From NCBI RefSeq assembly GCF_006345805.1, contig NC_043009.1, positions 49,042,001 to 49,106,000 on the forward strand: a DNA stretch of 64,000 nucleotides, in the 5' to 3' direction. Origin of the DNA: Octopus sinensis. Its lineage: Eukaryota. The notes under the pieces are model-generated. The model did no database searches. It worked only from the letters and a program-made list of their open reading frames with translations, and had not been told where the DNA came from. The first letter of the stretch is position 1, and each line of letters opens with the position of its first letter. The position numbers and the translations under genes are program-made. Shown one piece after another: positions 39,961 to 53,134 of the stretch.

Positions 39961-39966
39961 TTTCTT

Positions 39967-40066
39967 NNNNNNNNNNNNNNNNNNNNNNNNNNNNNNNNNN
40001 NNNNNNNNNNNNNNNNNNNNNNNNNNNNNNNNNNNNNNNNNNNNNNNNNNNNNNNNNNNNNNNNNN
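39967..40066. other. Assembly gap (100 N)
   Basis: Run of exactly 100 N, typical placeholder for a gap of unknown size. Confidence 0.97.
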
Positions 40067-40161
40067 TATTTGGGGGGGGGGGTTCTTGCCAGTCTTCTAT
40101 TACCATTTAATAGTTTCTTCCTTTTCAGCGGAATTGTTTTGTATTCTAACTTTTGGCGATG

Positions 40162-40349
40162 CCTTGATGTCACAGTAAAGGCCTCTTTACCATTATGATT
40201 TTATTTTTTTATTTTACCACCATCACCACCACCATCATCATCATCATCATCATCATCATCATTATAATCGTCACCATCATCACAATCATCTTCATCACCG
40301 CCACCACCACACCCACTACCACCACCAACAACAACAACGACACCATTAG

Positions 40350-40381
<32 letters not shown>

Positions 40382-40660
40382 CCATCATCATAATCATCAC
40401 CACCATCACCACCTTGATGTCACAGTAAAGACCACTTTACCATTATGATTTTATTTTTTATTTTTTATTTTTATCACCATCATCATCATTATAATCGTCA
40501 CCATCACCATCACCACGATCATCATAATCATCTTCATCACCGGCGCCACCACCCCCACTACCATCACCAACAACAACGACACCATCATCATCATCATCAT
40601 AATCGTCACCATCATCATCATCACCACCACCACCACCACCACCACCATCATTATCCTTCA
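40162..40660 (+). repeat. Tandem duplication, unit 250 bp, (CAT/CAC)n-rich
   Basis: CCTTGATGTCACAGTAAAG..CTTTACCATTATGATTTTATTTTT at 40162 and 40412. Copies are slightly diverged. Confidence 0.85.
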
Positions 40661-41297
40661 TCATCATGATCCTTCATCACGGTCATCATCATTATTTTCG
40701 TCGTTACCATCGTCGTCGTCGTCACCGTCAATCGCTTCGCTTTCAGCACATAAATCGCAATCAGCCGTCACAGTCACCTGACATGACATCGTTTCGGATT
40801 TTTCACCAAACTGAACGGGTAATTAAAATACACGCGCACAGATCTCAGCTTTCAGGTTCAAATTATTTATAATCTTCAGTAAAAACAGTCCAGCTGGTGT
40901 TTAACTGCTGCAGAAGATTTCTTAATTAGTTTTGCTTCCATGAGAAACTGTAGAAGAAAATTTCCATATTTCCACTAATGTGTGGTCATTTATCCGTACA
41001 GAAACTGACAGCTTTCGATATTAAATCTTCACAATTCATTTGCTCTAATTTGAGAGTTGGAAACATAAATAAAATATACGTAAATAATATCAGAAAGAAA
41101 TTTAGTCATTGAAAAGCCCGGTATTGTGCAATGGTATGGGTATTACGTATGCATATCAATGTATAATACATTGATATGCTTGAATTGGTTGTTTGTTTGA
41201 TGTTGTTGCTGTTTCTGTTGTTGTTACTTTTGTTGCTGTTTATGTTGTTGCTATGTTTTTTGTTGGTATTATCGTTCATTTGTAAGGCAAAAAATAC

Positions 41298-41357
<60 letters not shown>

Positions 41358-41369
41358 TATATATATATG

Positions 41370-41403
<34 letters not shown>

Positions 41404-41427
41404 GGTTATATATATATATATTATATA

Positions 41428-41460
<33 letters not shown>

Positions 41461-41687
41461 ATATATATACATATATATGTATTTATGTATGTATATATAT
41501 GTGGGTGTTGTGTGTGTGTATTTTGTTGTGTCCAGGAAAAGTCATTATACCATACATACATATATACATATGCATATATATATACATATATATACATATG
41601 TATGTGGGTGTGTATATATATACATACACACACACGTATATATATATATATACGTATATTAATTTGCAAGTTGGTGGATAGATAGAT

Positions 41688-41753
<66 letters not shown>

Positions 41754-42302
41754 CAGATACATACGTTCTACTTGCAAGTGCCACACGTTTATAAATGTCT
41801 ACAATCACATACTACATTCTGCAGCGTATCTGAACAGATAGTTGTAAATTTCTATCGCTGATTATAAATGACTGAAGAAAAAATGAATAAATAAATATAT
41901 AAATAAATAAAAAAATAACAATTTTGAAAATGAGCAGAAACAACCGAAATATAAAGAAGATAACTACAGTCAATCTTTTATGCAAAAATCTCCTCCATGT
42001 TTCTTTTATTTTTTTTAAATTTTCGAAATTTAACATTAAAAATAGGATTTGAAATTAACATTTGGAAATGATTCATTATATTAATTATATGGATAAATAA
42101 TTTGTTGTTATACAGCAAATGCTTTCTGATGCAAAGTGATTAGCGAGAGAGGTCAATGGAAGGCTAAAAGAATCTGATTTGCAGTGATGTGCAACAACAT
42201 GGCTAATATGTATAAAAGGAAGACATCTTTGACAGTATAGTCGACCAGTTATTTGCATGTTTCTGTGCACCTATATCTGTAATGTATGCATGATATATAT
42301 AT

Positions 42303-42712
42303 ACTCTTTTACATGTCTCAGTCATTAGACTGTGGCCATGCTGGAGCACCGTCTTTAGTCGAGCAAATCGACCCCAAGACTTATTCTTTGTAAGCCTAGT
42401 ACATATTCTATCGGTCTCTTTTGCGTAACCGCTAAGTTACGGGGACGTCAAGCGATGTTGAAGGGACAAACACAGAGACACAAATATATACACACATAAA
42501 CATATACACATATATATGCATATACGACGGGCTTCCTCCAGTTTCCGTCTACTAAATCCACTCACAAGGCTTTGGTCGGCCCGAGATTATAGTAGAAGAC
42601 ACTTCCTCCAGTTTCCATATGCACATAAGAAACTCTCTTTCGAACTATGTGGTTCGGGGTTCAAATCCACTGCGTGGCACATTGAGCGCATCTTATTTGC
42701 TATAGCCCCTAA
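42303..42712 (-). mobile_element. Family B SINE (internally rearranged)
   Basis: GGCCATGCTGGAGCACCG..GTAAGCCTAGTAC..CACTCACAAGGCTTTGGTCGGCCCGAG. Confidence 0.8.
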
Positions 42713-43325
42713 GCAGACCAATATGCCTTTGTGAGTGAATTTAGTTGATTAAAACTATGTAAACCCAATGTAAATTTACATATTTGCGCGCGCGCGCCTG
42801 TGTGTACGTGTGTGCGTTTGGGTGTGGGTGTCTTTCTGTCTGCGTTTGTCCAATGCTCACCGTTTTGTTGTTTTGTTTACCTTTCTGTAAATTATGTCCC
42901 CAAAACTATACTATAGTGACCAATAATAGGTACGAAACTTATATCCATAAATACTGACGACAATGTGTTCGACTAAAACCCTTCAAGTTGATGCTCCAGC
43001 AGTGCCACGTCTCAGTTACTGGAACAATAAAAAAATATATGGTGTCTTTTCTGGGTGTTTACATTTTGACAGCAACCCCTGTGTTGATACTGGTATCAAG
43101 CTATATCACTCCAAGTTGATGTCAGTTCCTTTGGATAAACATCAGACGTTTGGAGACAGAAGATTTTCATAGATGGGCAACTTGCGAATCTTCCTCAAAA
43201 AAATCTTGCCCTGACTTCACCATTCATGTTCAGATGGATGGTAAAGTTGGGCCAATGTCAGCCTTACCAATCCAGGTCAAACCTCATCAAGTTTACCTGT
43301 AATCAAATATATTCTTTGAACTTTT

Positions 43326-43646
43326 ATGTTTTACTTGTTTCAATCCTTTGAGCGAGGCCATGCTGGGGCACCACCTTCAAGAATTTTATGTAGAATGAAT
43401 CGACCCCATCACTTTTTCATCTTGGTACTTACTGTATTGATGTCTTTTGCCGAGCCGCTAATTTACGACGAGAAAAGACGCAGTGATGTGAATAAACACA
43501 GACACACAGGCACACACACACGCACACATATACGAGGCTATAGTAGAAGACACTTGCCCAAGGTGCCACACAGTGGGACTGAACCCAACACCAAGTGGTT
43601 GGTAAGCAAGCTACTTACCACACAGCCACTGCTGTATCTATGTATG

Positions 43647-43680
<34 letters not shown>

Positions 43681-43832
43681 ATACACGACGGGTTTCTTTC
43701 AGTGTCCGTGAACCAAATCCACTCACAATCATTTGGTTCGCCCGCGGCTAAAGCAGAAAGTAGTTGTTCGAGCAGTTACTCAGTGGGACTGAACCTGGAA
43801 CCATGTAGTTGAGAAGCAAACTTTTGTCACAT
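43326..43832 (-). mobile_element. Family B SINE with duplicated 5' half
   Basis: GTGGGACTGAACC occurs at about 43573 and about 43783. Confidence 0.75.
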
Positions 43833-44072
43833 CGCCAAGCTTGTAAATGTAACCATGTGTATTTTTTTTATTAATGTGTATCACGGACTATATTATTCCA
43901 TGATCAAAATTTTAGATTGGTAGTGCTTCTTCCGAAAAATATTTAGCTGCTATTTCTGGTTAGTTTCTCGACCACTGACAATATGAATTATTTCTTCATT
44001 GACATGACACTAACGGAAAATATTAAATTACTTATTCACACTCTAAGCATTTGTATATTTAAGAAATTAATT

Positions 44073-44100
44073 CTGAAGAACAGCTTTTGTCAGAAACGTC
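44073..44100 (+). ncRNA. Relic minimal hammerhead-like motif
   Basis: CTGAAGA-ACAGCTTTTGTCA-GAAACGTC has intact core halves and GUC, but stems I and II are mostly broken. Confidence 0.35.
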
Positions 44101-44429
44101 AGCTTTCTAAGGAAAAAGCCATACAAATTTATTCAGCAGATTTGTCAATTTAATATTTTTGTGCAACATTACTGTATATCTGCCGACTCAGTGTCGTTAT
44201 ATTACACAGAAAATTAAAATTCATAATTTAATTTTCACACAAAAAATCTTTATGTAATAACGTTGCAATAAGAATCAAGATCTTTTCGAGAAACCTATAT
44301 TTACTGTCATTCCTATATTACGCCATAACTTCTCCCAATAAAAATACCATCAACTTAGAAATTTACACAATTTTCAAAAAAAATTCTTGTTCGTTTACGT
44401 TAAATTAATTTCTTCATTTGAACATTATT

Positions 44430-44675
44430 TATTATTATTATTATTATTATTTTATTATTATTATTATTATTATTATATTATTATTATTATTATTACGTAT
44501 TTATTTATTTACTTTTTCCTAGTGTTATACTCCGTTTTTATTTTTTATCTTTCCCCGGTTTCTTTCCTTCAATTCGTCGTAGTTATAGCTAAGTTTATTT
44601 TATGCCATCGACAAAATGGCAGAGAACATTTCCAAGAGTCAACATTATATACATACATGCATATGTATTATATAT

Positions 44676-44760
<85 letters not shown>

Positions 44761-44890
44761 GTATATGTATATGTTATATAAATATATATATGTATTTCTG
44801 TATATTTCTATGTAAGCATATATATTTGTGTGTGTGTATATATATATATATATATGCATTTGCACACACACACACACACACAAACACAGA

Positions 44891-44952
<62 letters not shown>

Positions 44953-45048
44953 TATATACATTATATACATTATAATCATATACATATATACATATATATA
45001 TACTATATACATATATATAATATATATACATACATATATATATATGTA

Positions 45049-45092
<44 letters not shown>

Positions 45093-45648
45093 TGTGTACT
45101 TCCAAGGATTCATTATTTGACATCACTTTCAATTTGTAACAAGTTGCAGCCATTTTATTTTAATATATATATATGTGTGTATGTATGTGTGTGTGTGTGT
45201 GTGCGTGCGTGTGTGTGTGTGTGGGTGTGTGTGTGTGTGTGTGTGTGTATTTATGTTCATAGGAAAAATGAAAGAAGAGGAAAGGGAAGCGGAAGAGGGT
45301 TGGAGGTGGGTAAGCGGACTGTTTCTTCTTTCCTATTTACTTTTGGCGTTAATTCTGCGACTTGAAATTTCTATTGCAAAGATCTACTCGACCATATTGA
45401 TGGGCGGCAGCAGCAAAAAAAAAAAAAAAAAACGTCAATAAATAAAAAATAAAAAATAAATAAAAATGCATTTCAAAAATTACTGGTAACTGCCATTCAC
45501 TATTCAATAACTTAGTACGAAGATTTAGCTTGTTAGTAAACATTATCAAGAGTAATTTAATATTCTCCTATAATACACATTGACAGGTTTGTATATGTGC
45601 ACGTATATATATATATAATATATATATACATATATATACATATATATA

Positions 45649-45708
<60 letters not shown>

Positions 45709-45809
45709 GTATATATATCTATACATATTATATATATACTATATATATATATAATATATAATATATATATATATATTATGTATATATATATATGTAATAT
45801 ATATATAAG

Positions 45810-45843
<34 letters not shown>

Positions 45844-46760
45844 TATATATATTATATATATATACGCATATTTATATATAAATATACACATATATATATA
45901 TATATATTTAGGGAGAGAGAGATACATAGAAACATATATATATATGTATATATGTATATTTGTTTGTTTGAATGTATGTATATATATATTTATATATATG
46001 TATGCATCTACACATACATGTATGTGTCTGTGTGTGTGTTTGTATACGTATGTGTACGTATATGTGTATGACTTGTCTATTTAAGTATGTATGTAAATAT
46101 CTACGTACGTGTGGAAATGGTCACGTAAGTATGCATATGTACATGTGCAAGTGTATGCGCGTCTGTGTGTGTGTGTGTGTGTCTGAGAGAGAGAATGTTC
46201 CTTTCAAGTATGCTTAAGAATGTATGCATCGATTACGTAAGTGCGGCTGCGTGACTTACATGAGTGTGTATGGGAGCGCGTGCGTGGGTGCATGTGTGTT
46301 TGTGTGGCCATGTATGTGTGTGTGTGTGTTGTGTGTGTGTGTGTTCATTGGTCTTGTCAGTCACCAGGAAGCCAGCAGAAGATGTGGACAGACCTCTTAA
46401 TGAATCTTCGTTGTCGGAACCAATACGATATAAGTATGTATATATGACTATGTATAAACATATATATATATATATATATACATATATATGAATGTGTATA
46501 TATATATATATATATACATATGAATGTTTGTATATATATATATGTATGTATGTATATATATATATATATAACTATGTATAAATATACATATACATATACG
46601 TATATATACAAATACATATATCCATACATATATATTTACGTTCATGTATATATGCATGTATTTATACATGTATTTATGTATTATATGTGTATGTACGTAG
46701 GAGCATGTGTGTGCGAGTATGTAACTATGAATATATGAAAGTATATAAGTATGGTTGTGT
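44430..46760 (+). repeat. Extended (TA)n/(TG)n/(CA)n low-complexity field
   Basis: Dinucleotide-dominated sequence with short unique interruptions. Confidence 0.9.
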
Positions 46761-47174
46761 ATTCATTTGTGTATGTGCCTGCGTGTTCGAAACATTTTGT
46801 TCATATATCTATTTATTTGGAGAGCTGTTTTATTTGTGCACACAGCGAATCAGGATGAAATATATACTGTGTCTGACGTGAGAGGGATGCTTTAATTTGT
46901 ATATACATAGGTACATATAGGTGCGTATGTTGGTATGTATATCTACGTAATGTGTGTAAAAAAAATATATTTATACACACACGCATGCACCCGCGCACAC
47001 GCAAACACACGCACACACACACACACACGCACGCAAGTACACGCACACACACACATGCACACACACACACATACACACACATGAGTGCATTTTGCAGCAA
47101 AAGTCAAAATAAGTTTCCCTCAAGTTATCTACTCCAGTATAGTTTTGTTCTAACAAAACACCCACTTTTAAGTG

Positions 47175-47221
<47 letters not shown>

Positions 47222-47397
47222 TATTATATAATATATATATATATAGTTATCGCCATACTAATATGGCAGTCTATAAATAAGACTAAAGCTGTCGCTGATT
47301 AGCTCGAAGAGGCCACCGCCTCTAGCTAGCTATTGACACACGAACTTCGTCATTACAACCTTCGAACAGGGAAATATATATATATATATATATATAA

Positions 47398-47600
47398 CGG
47401 GAAGCTTTATGAAAATAAACAAAAGACGAAGGCAGGTGGAAAACAAACGACAATTGTATTGTATGGCTCAGGAAATATAAATAAAACAAGTCTTTAACGT
47501 TTCGAGCCTACGCTCTCAACAGAAAGATACACAGAGAGAGAAAAACACAGAAAGAGGAGAGAAAAAAAATGCGTGCAGTAGCTAACGAATCAACATGGCG
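47398..47600 (-). mobile_element. Short (TA)n-embedded element with minimal hammerhead
   Basis: Homologous to 19650-19872 and 47662-47832 (shared AAAAGACGAAG(G/A)CAGGTG); flanked by (TA)n. Confidence 0.75.
47491..47527 (-). ncRNA. Minimal type I hammerhead motif, A6U core variant
   Basis: UCUUU-CUGUUGA-GAGC-GUAG-GCUC-GAAA-CG-UU-AAAGA: 5-bp stem I, 4-bp stem II, palindromic ACGU stem III. Confidence 0.65.
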
Positions 47601-47618
47601 ATATATATATATTATATA

Positions 47619-47661
<43 letters not shown>

Positions 47662-47662
<1 letters not shown>

Positions 47663-47832
47663 GTTGAAATTTACAGGAAAGCAAAAGACGAAGACAGGTG
47701 TATAAACAACAAGCAGGTGTATTAGTTTGACGCTCGGGAAGGTGAAGAATCTTTTACATTTCGAGCCTACACTCTTCAACAGAAAGGGAACACGAGGAAA
47801 TAAACAGAGAGAGAGAATTGAAAAAAACTTGT
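47662..47832 (-). mobile_element. Short (TA)n-embedded element with degenerate minimal hammerhead (47751-47786)
   Basis: CUUU-CUGUUGAA-GAGU-GUAG-GCUC-GAAA-UG-UA-AAAG. Confidence 0.72.
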
Positions 47833-47849
47833 ATAATATATATATATAT

Positions 47850-48954
47850 ATGCCTGACTCCTCTAGCGACAGCTGATGACGGGGGTTTTGTCCTTGTGTA
47901 GCTCGTCCTGTATTTGTTTTTCGTTTTCTTGTTTTTCGTTTTCCGTTTTCTTGTTTTTTGTTTTTTGGCTTTTTCCGTTTCTACGTCTTATTGTGATGTC
48001 CTGTACTCCCGTATAATTATTTATATATGCATGTATATATACATGTAGATGTAGGTACGTACATATATGTTTGTATGTATGCATATATTTTTATTTATCT
48101 CCTTATTGTCTGACAGCGCCCCGCATCAGGTTCGTTCCGATTCGTCGTTTCGATCCACTTCTTGGTTCCCTTTTTTTATATTTATATTATTATATTGAAG
48201 ATGCGGTACTCTCTCCCTTTGCTTTAACCTCTTCAATCTTTCTCCCTCCCACTCCTCCTCTCTCTTCGCCGCGTGTCCCCCTCCTCGTTCCCTCTTCCTT
48301 GCCTATAAAACAAAATTCCTTTACACGTGGTTCCCACTATTGAAAAGACTGCCTCCACGCGCTGCTACTACACTTTCGTCCTTGCCAGCAAAAGGCTTCT
48401 TCGTTCGTCCCCTTGTGTGGTTGATTTCCTGTATAGTATTCTTGTTATTTTCTCGTTTTGTAACTAATTGTACTTTTTGTACATGTATTTTTATTTTTGC
48501 AGTTTTATCGTTTGTCTATGCCAGAAAAAAGGCTTTTTCGTTCGTCCTCTTGTGTTTGTTTTTGTACATGTATTTTAATTTTGCAGTCTTATTGTTACGT
48601 CTTGTTTGTGTTCGTACTCATTTTGCCCCGCTGCTTGGAATTTTATTTTAATTCTCTCGCAGGAAGGCCTATTGGATTAGTGTTCTGTTATGCCTTCGAA
48701 ACATGCCTGACTCCTCTAGCGACAGCTGATGACGGGGGTTTTTGTCCTTGTGTAGCTCGTCCTGTATTTGTTTTTCGTTTTCTTGTTTTTCGTTTTCCGT
48801 TTTCTTGTTTTTTGTTTTTTGGCTTTTTCCGTTTCTACGTCTTATTGTGATGTCCTGTACTCCCGTATAATTATTTATATATGCATGTATATATACATGT
48901 AGATGTAGGTACGTACATATATGTTTGTATGTATGCATATATTTTTATTTATCT

Positions 48955-48957
<3 letters not shown>
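47850..48957 (+). mobile_element. Terminally redundant ~850-bp-family element (~1.3 copies of an 853-bp unit) inside (TA)n
   Basis: 47850-48103 and 48703-48957 are near-identical direct repeats, with (TA)n on both flanks. Confidence 0.88.
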
Positions 48958-49000
<43 letters not shown>

Positions 49001-49254
49001 AACATATATCAAACAGATGTCATAAAACTATTCCGCATATACAATAGCAGCCATGCTAGCACTCCATCATGCTAGTAACCCCAGGGACGACTTGTCCGTG
49101 GAGCTAAGCCCTTTATGGATGCGAAATCCTTGTCCGTTCCATGACCGGAGATATATTTTACTGACCTATGCTTCAGATTGTGCTTCTGCTTCACATATAT
49201 GATACACTGTTGACACACGCACACAAATACACTAACACACACACAAACACACAA

Positions 49255-49380
49255 AGGATGAGTTTCCAAGCAGTTTCCATCTACCAAATTTATTCACAAG
49301 ACATTGATCAGCCCCGTGCAGAGGGACCGATCGCAAAAGCACGAGGGCGCAAAGTGAACTCTTTAATCACACGGCTATGG
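49255..49380 (-). mobile_element. Degenerate family B SINE 5' fragment
   Basis: CAGTTTCCATCTACCAAATTTATTCACAAGACATTGATCAGCCC remnant. Confidence 0.45.
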
Positions 49381-49802
49381 CTTTCTAATATTTTTTGTTT
49401 TTTTTATATTTAGTTACTAATGCCTGGTAGAAATTAAATAAAATTAACTGAGATTTTGAATCGTTCATGCTTGTTTTGTTTTGTTTTTTTTTGTTGTTTT
49501 TTTCTTCTCTTAACCATTAATGCAACATAAAATTGAAAGACAACCACAGCAGACGGATACTGAAACGGTGCTACGAATTTTGTCTTGCTAGCAAGTTTAC
49601 CTCTTGCTCTACTGCGCTCGCTACCTTTAAGTGCAGCGTGATTTATGCTTAAAAATCAATATGGTTTATAATTTGCGATCATTAAGTTTTATTCCGAGTA
49701 TTTAAACAAAACCGGAGAGATTTTATGTGAAGTTCTAAAATAAAACTGAATGTGATTTACAGGTTTTCAAAGAACTTAAATTATATCTTACTAATAACGT
49801 AC

Positions 49803-49873
49803 TTGCAGGAATTCCTTGGTAAAGGAATAGACAACGGAGATAATGTACAGGAATTAGTATTTTCTGGCACCAT
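49803..49873 (-). other. Candidate 71-nt exon of an unidentified gene
   Basis: TCTTTATTTTTCTTTCAG|ATGGTGCCAGAA..TCCTGCAA|GTACGT; open as MVPENTNSCTLSPLSIPLPRNSC. Splice signals only. Confidence 0.2.
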
Positions 49874-50941
49874 CTGAAAGAAAAATAAAGATTTATAGCC
49901 ATTCCATTTAACAAATATGGTAATATTGTTTGTTTGTTTGTTGACTTGTTGTTGTTGTTGGTTATAGTTATATATTTTATTTCTTTAAATAGGTTTTGTT
50001 TAAATATCTTCTTCCGCAGTAAAGATTTCTGTTTTCATATTTTACATACAAGAGTTGTTTTGTGATTTATTTTATAAATCTATTCATTTTTTTCTTTTTC
50101 ATTTTTTTTTTGTTCTTTCGGGACGTTTTTTTTTTTTCCTTTTCTTTATGGTTTTTGTGTTTGTGTGTATATTTTCAATAATTAAACCATATTAAACCAG
50201 AAAAATTGTTGTAAGGGAAATGTGGATTAAAAGAGATAATTTGATTAGAATTAAAAGAAAGAAAGAATGAATAACATGGAGGGACGGAAAGAATGAGAGT
50301 GTGTATGAGGAAGGAAAAGCGAGACAGTGGGAGGAGAAAGATAGGATGATGGAGAGAGTCAGAGGGAATCTGAGAAAGAGTGAGAGAGAGAGAGAGATAG
50401 CAAGAAAGGAATGAAATAATTCTAAGAAGGCATGAAAACCAAGAGACAAATTGAAAGAAACAGATATAGGAAGAAAGTGAGGGGGATAGATGGAAATAGG
50501 CAAAGTAAGAGAGGGAGAGACAGAGAGAGACAGAGAAAGAGATAGATAAAGAAAAACAAGAGAAACTGCTAAAGCAGAGAATGTGGTAGAGAGAGAGAGA
50601 GAGCAAATGAGAGAACGAAATTGTAAAGAGATGAATGGCAAACGTATTTTCATTTGAGGAAAATCATATGAAGCAGTGACTGGGGATTTAGCTCTCAGGT
50701 GCCCGCAGCAATAAAATAGATTAATTTCAAATTTCTTCTTTAGTAAATCAAATTGATTTATTAGCTAATCTATTATTATTATTATTAAGCCAGGGATTAC
50801 CAATGAATACATTCCTGTATATGGAATATAAACATGGATATCGGCTAAATAGGATATAATAGTTCTTATGTTGTTACAAGACAGCTAATTCACAGTGGAT
50901 TCGGGATGTATCTCTATTGAATCGATATCAGTATATAACTG

Positions 50942-51103
<162 letters not shown>

Positions 51104-51105
51104 AA

Positions 51106-51652
51106 ATGCCCCCCTGATGCAGTACCAGACAGTGGCTTTCGTGACTTCTGATCTTAACTGTTTGGAAGTGCTATCATGTGCTATCATCTTGGTATAAAAG
51201 ATGGGCTACAGCAAATATTCTGCTCAATACCACAGATTTGCTTGTCAGTTGTTTGACCTTAACCAGTTGACCATGTCCCTTAGTGACTGACGATATGTTC
51301 ATCTCTGATCATGAGCAGAAGTAGTAGGGGGAGCATCATAGCCGTGTGTTGAAATGAATTCTTAGAGGCTTGGATAATTCACCTTTGGAAACAGGGGTGT
51401 TTCGTTCAACAATCCTTATTCAGAGACCTTTTGAGCGGGATGGGCTACTCGACCAGAAGAAAATTCTAACTGGGCCCCACCTGCAAGGTCATGCGCTGTT
51501 TATCTTGATATGAGATCCCCATGTCGCGCACATATGGTTGTGATGCATATGCCTGGTATACCCTTATAAGACGGGTAGTCATGATGATTATACTGGGCTT
51601 CTTATATTTTACCCCAGTGTCAATTTGATGTTATGCACTGCTCTCTCACTCA
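51106..51652. mobile_element. ~550-bp non-coding element embedded in (AAT/TAT)n, copy 1
   Basis: GATGCAGTACCAG..CACTGCTCTCTCA; homologous end to end with 52563-53115. Confidence 0.88.
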
Positions 51653-51658
51653 ATAATA

Positions 51659-51736
<78 letters not shown>

Positions 51737-51899
51737 TAATGATTTCTTTAATGTAAAACCTTGTGGTGTACGTTAAGAAAAATATTATGGACAATACAGG
51801 ACAAAACAAAGAATGTGTGTGTGTATGTGTGCGAGCGTGTGTTGTTGTGAGGGTTTTGCGTGTAACCGAGACTAACAAAATTTAAAGGCAAAAATGCGT

Positions 51900-52504
51900 T
51901 TCAAAATTTGGCACAAGGCCAGCAAGTTTGGAGGAGGAGGTAAAGCGATTACATCGAACCCAGTGATCGACTGGTAGTTATTTTATTGACCCTGAAATGA
52001 TGAAAGGCAAATTCGGCCTCGGCGGAATTTGAACTCAGAGCGTAATGACGGACGAAATGACGCGAAGTCTTTTGCATGGCGTGCTAACGATTCTATCATC
52101 TCGGCGCCTCAAAATAATGGCTTTAAATTTTGCCACAAGGGCAGCCATTTTAGGGGATTACATCTACTCCAGTGCGTGACTGGTACTTATTTTATCGACT
52201 ACGAAATGATGAAAGGCAAACTCGACCTCTGCGGGATTTGAACTCAGAACGTAGCGACGGGTGAAATACCTATTTCTTTACTACCCACAAGGGGCTAAAT
52301 ACAGAGATGATAAACAAGGACAGACACATGGATTAAGTCAATTATGTCAACCCCAGTGTGTAACTGGTACTTATTTAATCGACCCTGAAATGATGAAAGG
52401 CAAAGATAACCTCGGTGGAATTTGAACTCAGAACGTAGCGGCAGACGAAATATCGCGAAGTATTTCGCCCGACGTGCTAACGTTTCTGCCAGCTCGACGC
52501 CTTA
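51900..52504 (-). mobile_element. Family A SINE cluster (monomer 51900-52100 plus dimer 52120-52504)
   Basis: Three GATGAAAGGCAAA..TTGAACTCAGA bodies and two heads. Confidence 0.85.
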
Positions 52505-52522
52505 ATAATAATGATGATGATG

Positions 52523-52562
<40 letters not shown>

Positions 52563-52564
<2 letters not shown>

Positions 52565-53115
52565 GCCATGATGCAGTACCAGGCAGTGGCTCTCATGGCT
52601 TCTGATCTTAACTGATTGGAAGTGTTATCATGTACATTGTTTTGTCTTGGTATAAAAGATGGGCTACAGCAAATATTCTGCTCAATACCACAGATTTGCT
52701 TGTCAGTTGTTTGACCTTAACCAGTTGAGCAGGTCCCTTAGTGGCTGACGATATGTGCATCTCTGATCACGAGCAGAAGTAGTGGGGGAGCATCATAGCC
52801 ATGTGTTGAAAGGGATTCTTTGGGGTTTGAATAATTCAACTCTGGAAACATGGGTGGTTCTTTCAACATCCTTAAACAACCCTTATTCAGGGACCTTTTG
52901 AGCGGGATGGGCTACTCAACCTGAAGAAAATTCTAACTGGGCCCCACCTGCAAGGTCATGTGCTGTTTATCTTGATATGAGATCACCATGTCGCGCACAT
53001 ATGGTTGTGATGCATGTGCCTGGTGTACCTTTATCAGACGGGTAGTCATGATGGGTATATTGGGCTTCGTATAGTTTACCCCAGTGTCACTTTGATGGCA
53101 TACACTGCTCTCTCA
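52563..53115. mobile_element. ~550-bp (AAT)n-embedded element, copy 2
   Basis: Same orientation as copy 1, with (AAT)n on both sides. Confidence 0.88.
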
Positions 53116-53134
53116 AATAATAATAATAATAATA

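Noticed and set aside
40071-40082. Poly-G run as a G-quadruplex
   Set aside because: Single run directly adjacent to the N gap; likely low-quality contig end.
47245-47375. Hammerhead in the short element with CTGATTA and an AGAGGC/GCCTCT hairpin
   Set aside because: Core is altered and no GAAA follows the stem; only the GCCAT-N6-ATGGC terminal hairpin links it to the 29.8-kb family.
52840-52930. Possible permuted hammerhead in the 550-bp element (GAAACATGGGTG.. and CTGAAGA)
   Set aside because: Stem I cannot pair next to the core, there is no stem II partner, and copy 1 lacks CTGAAGA.
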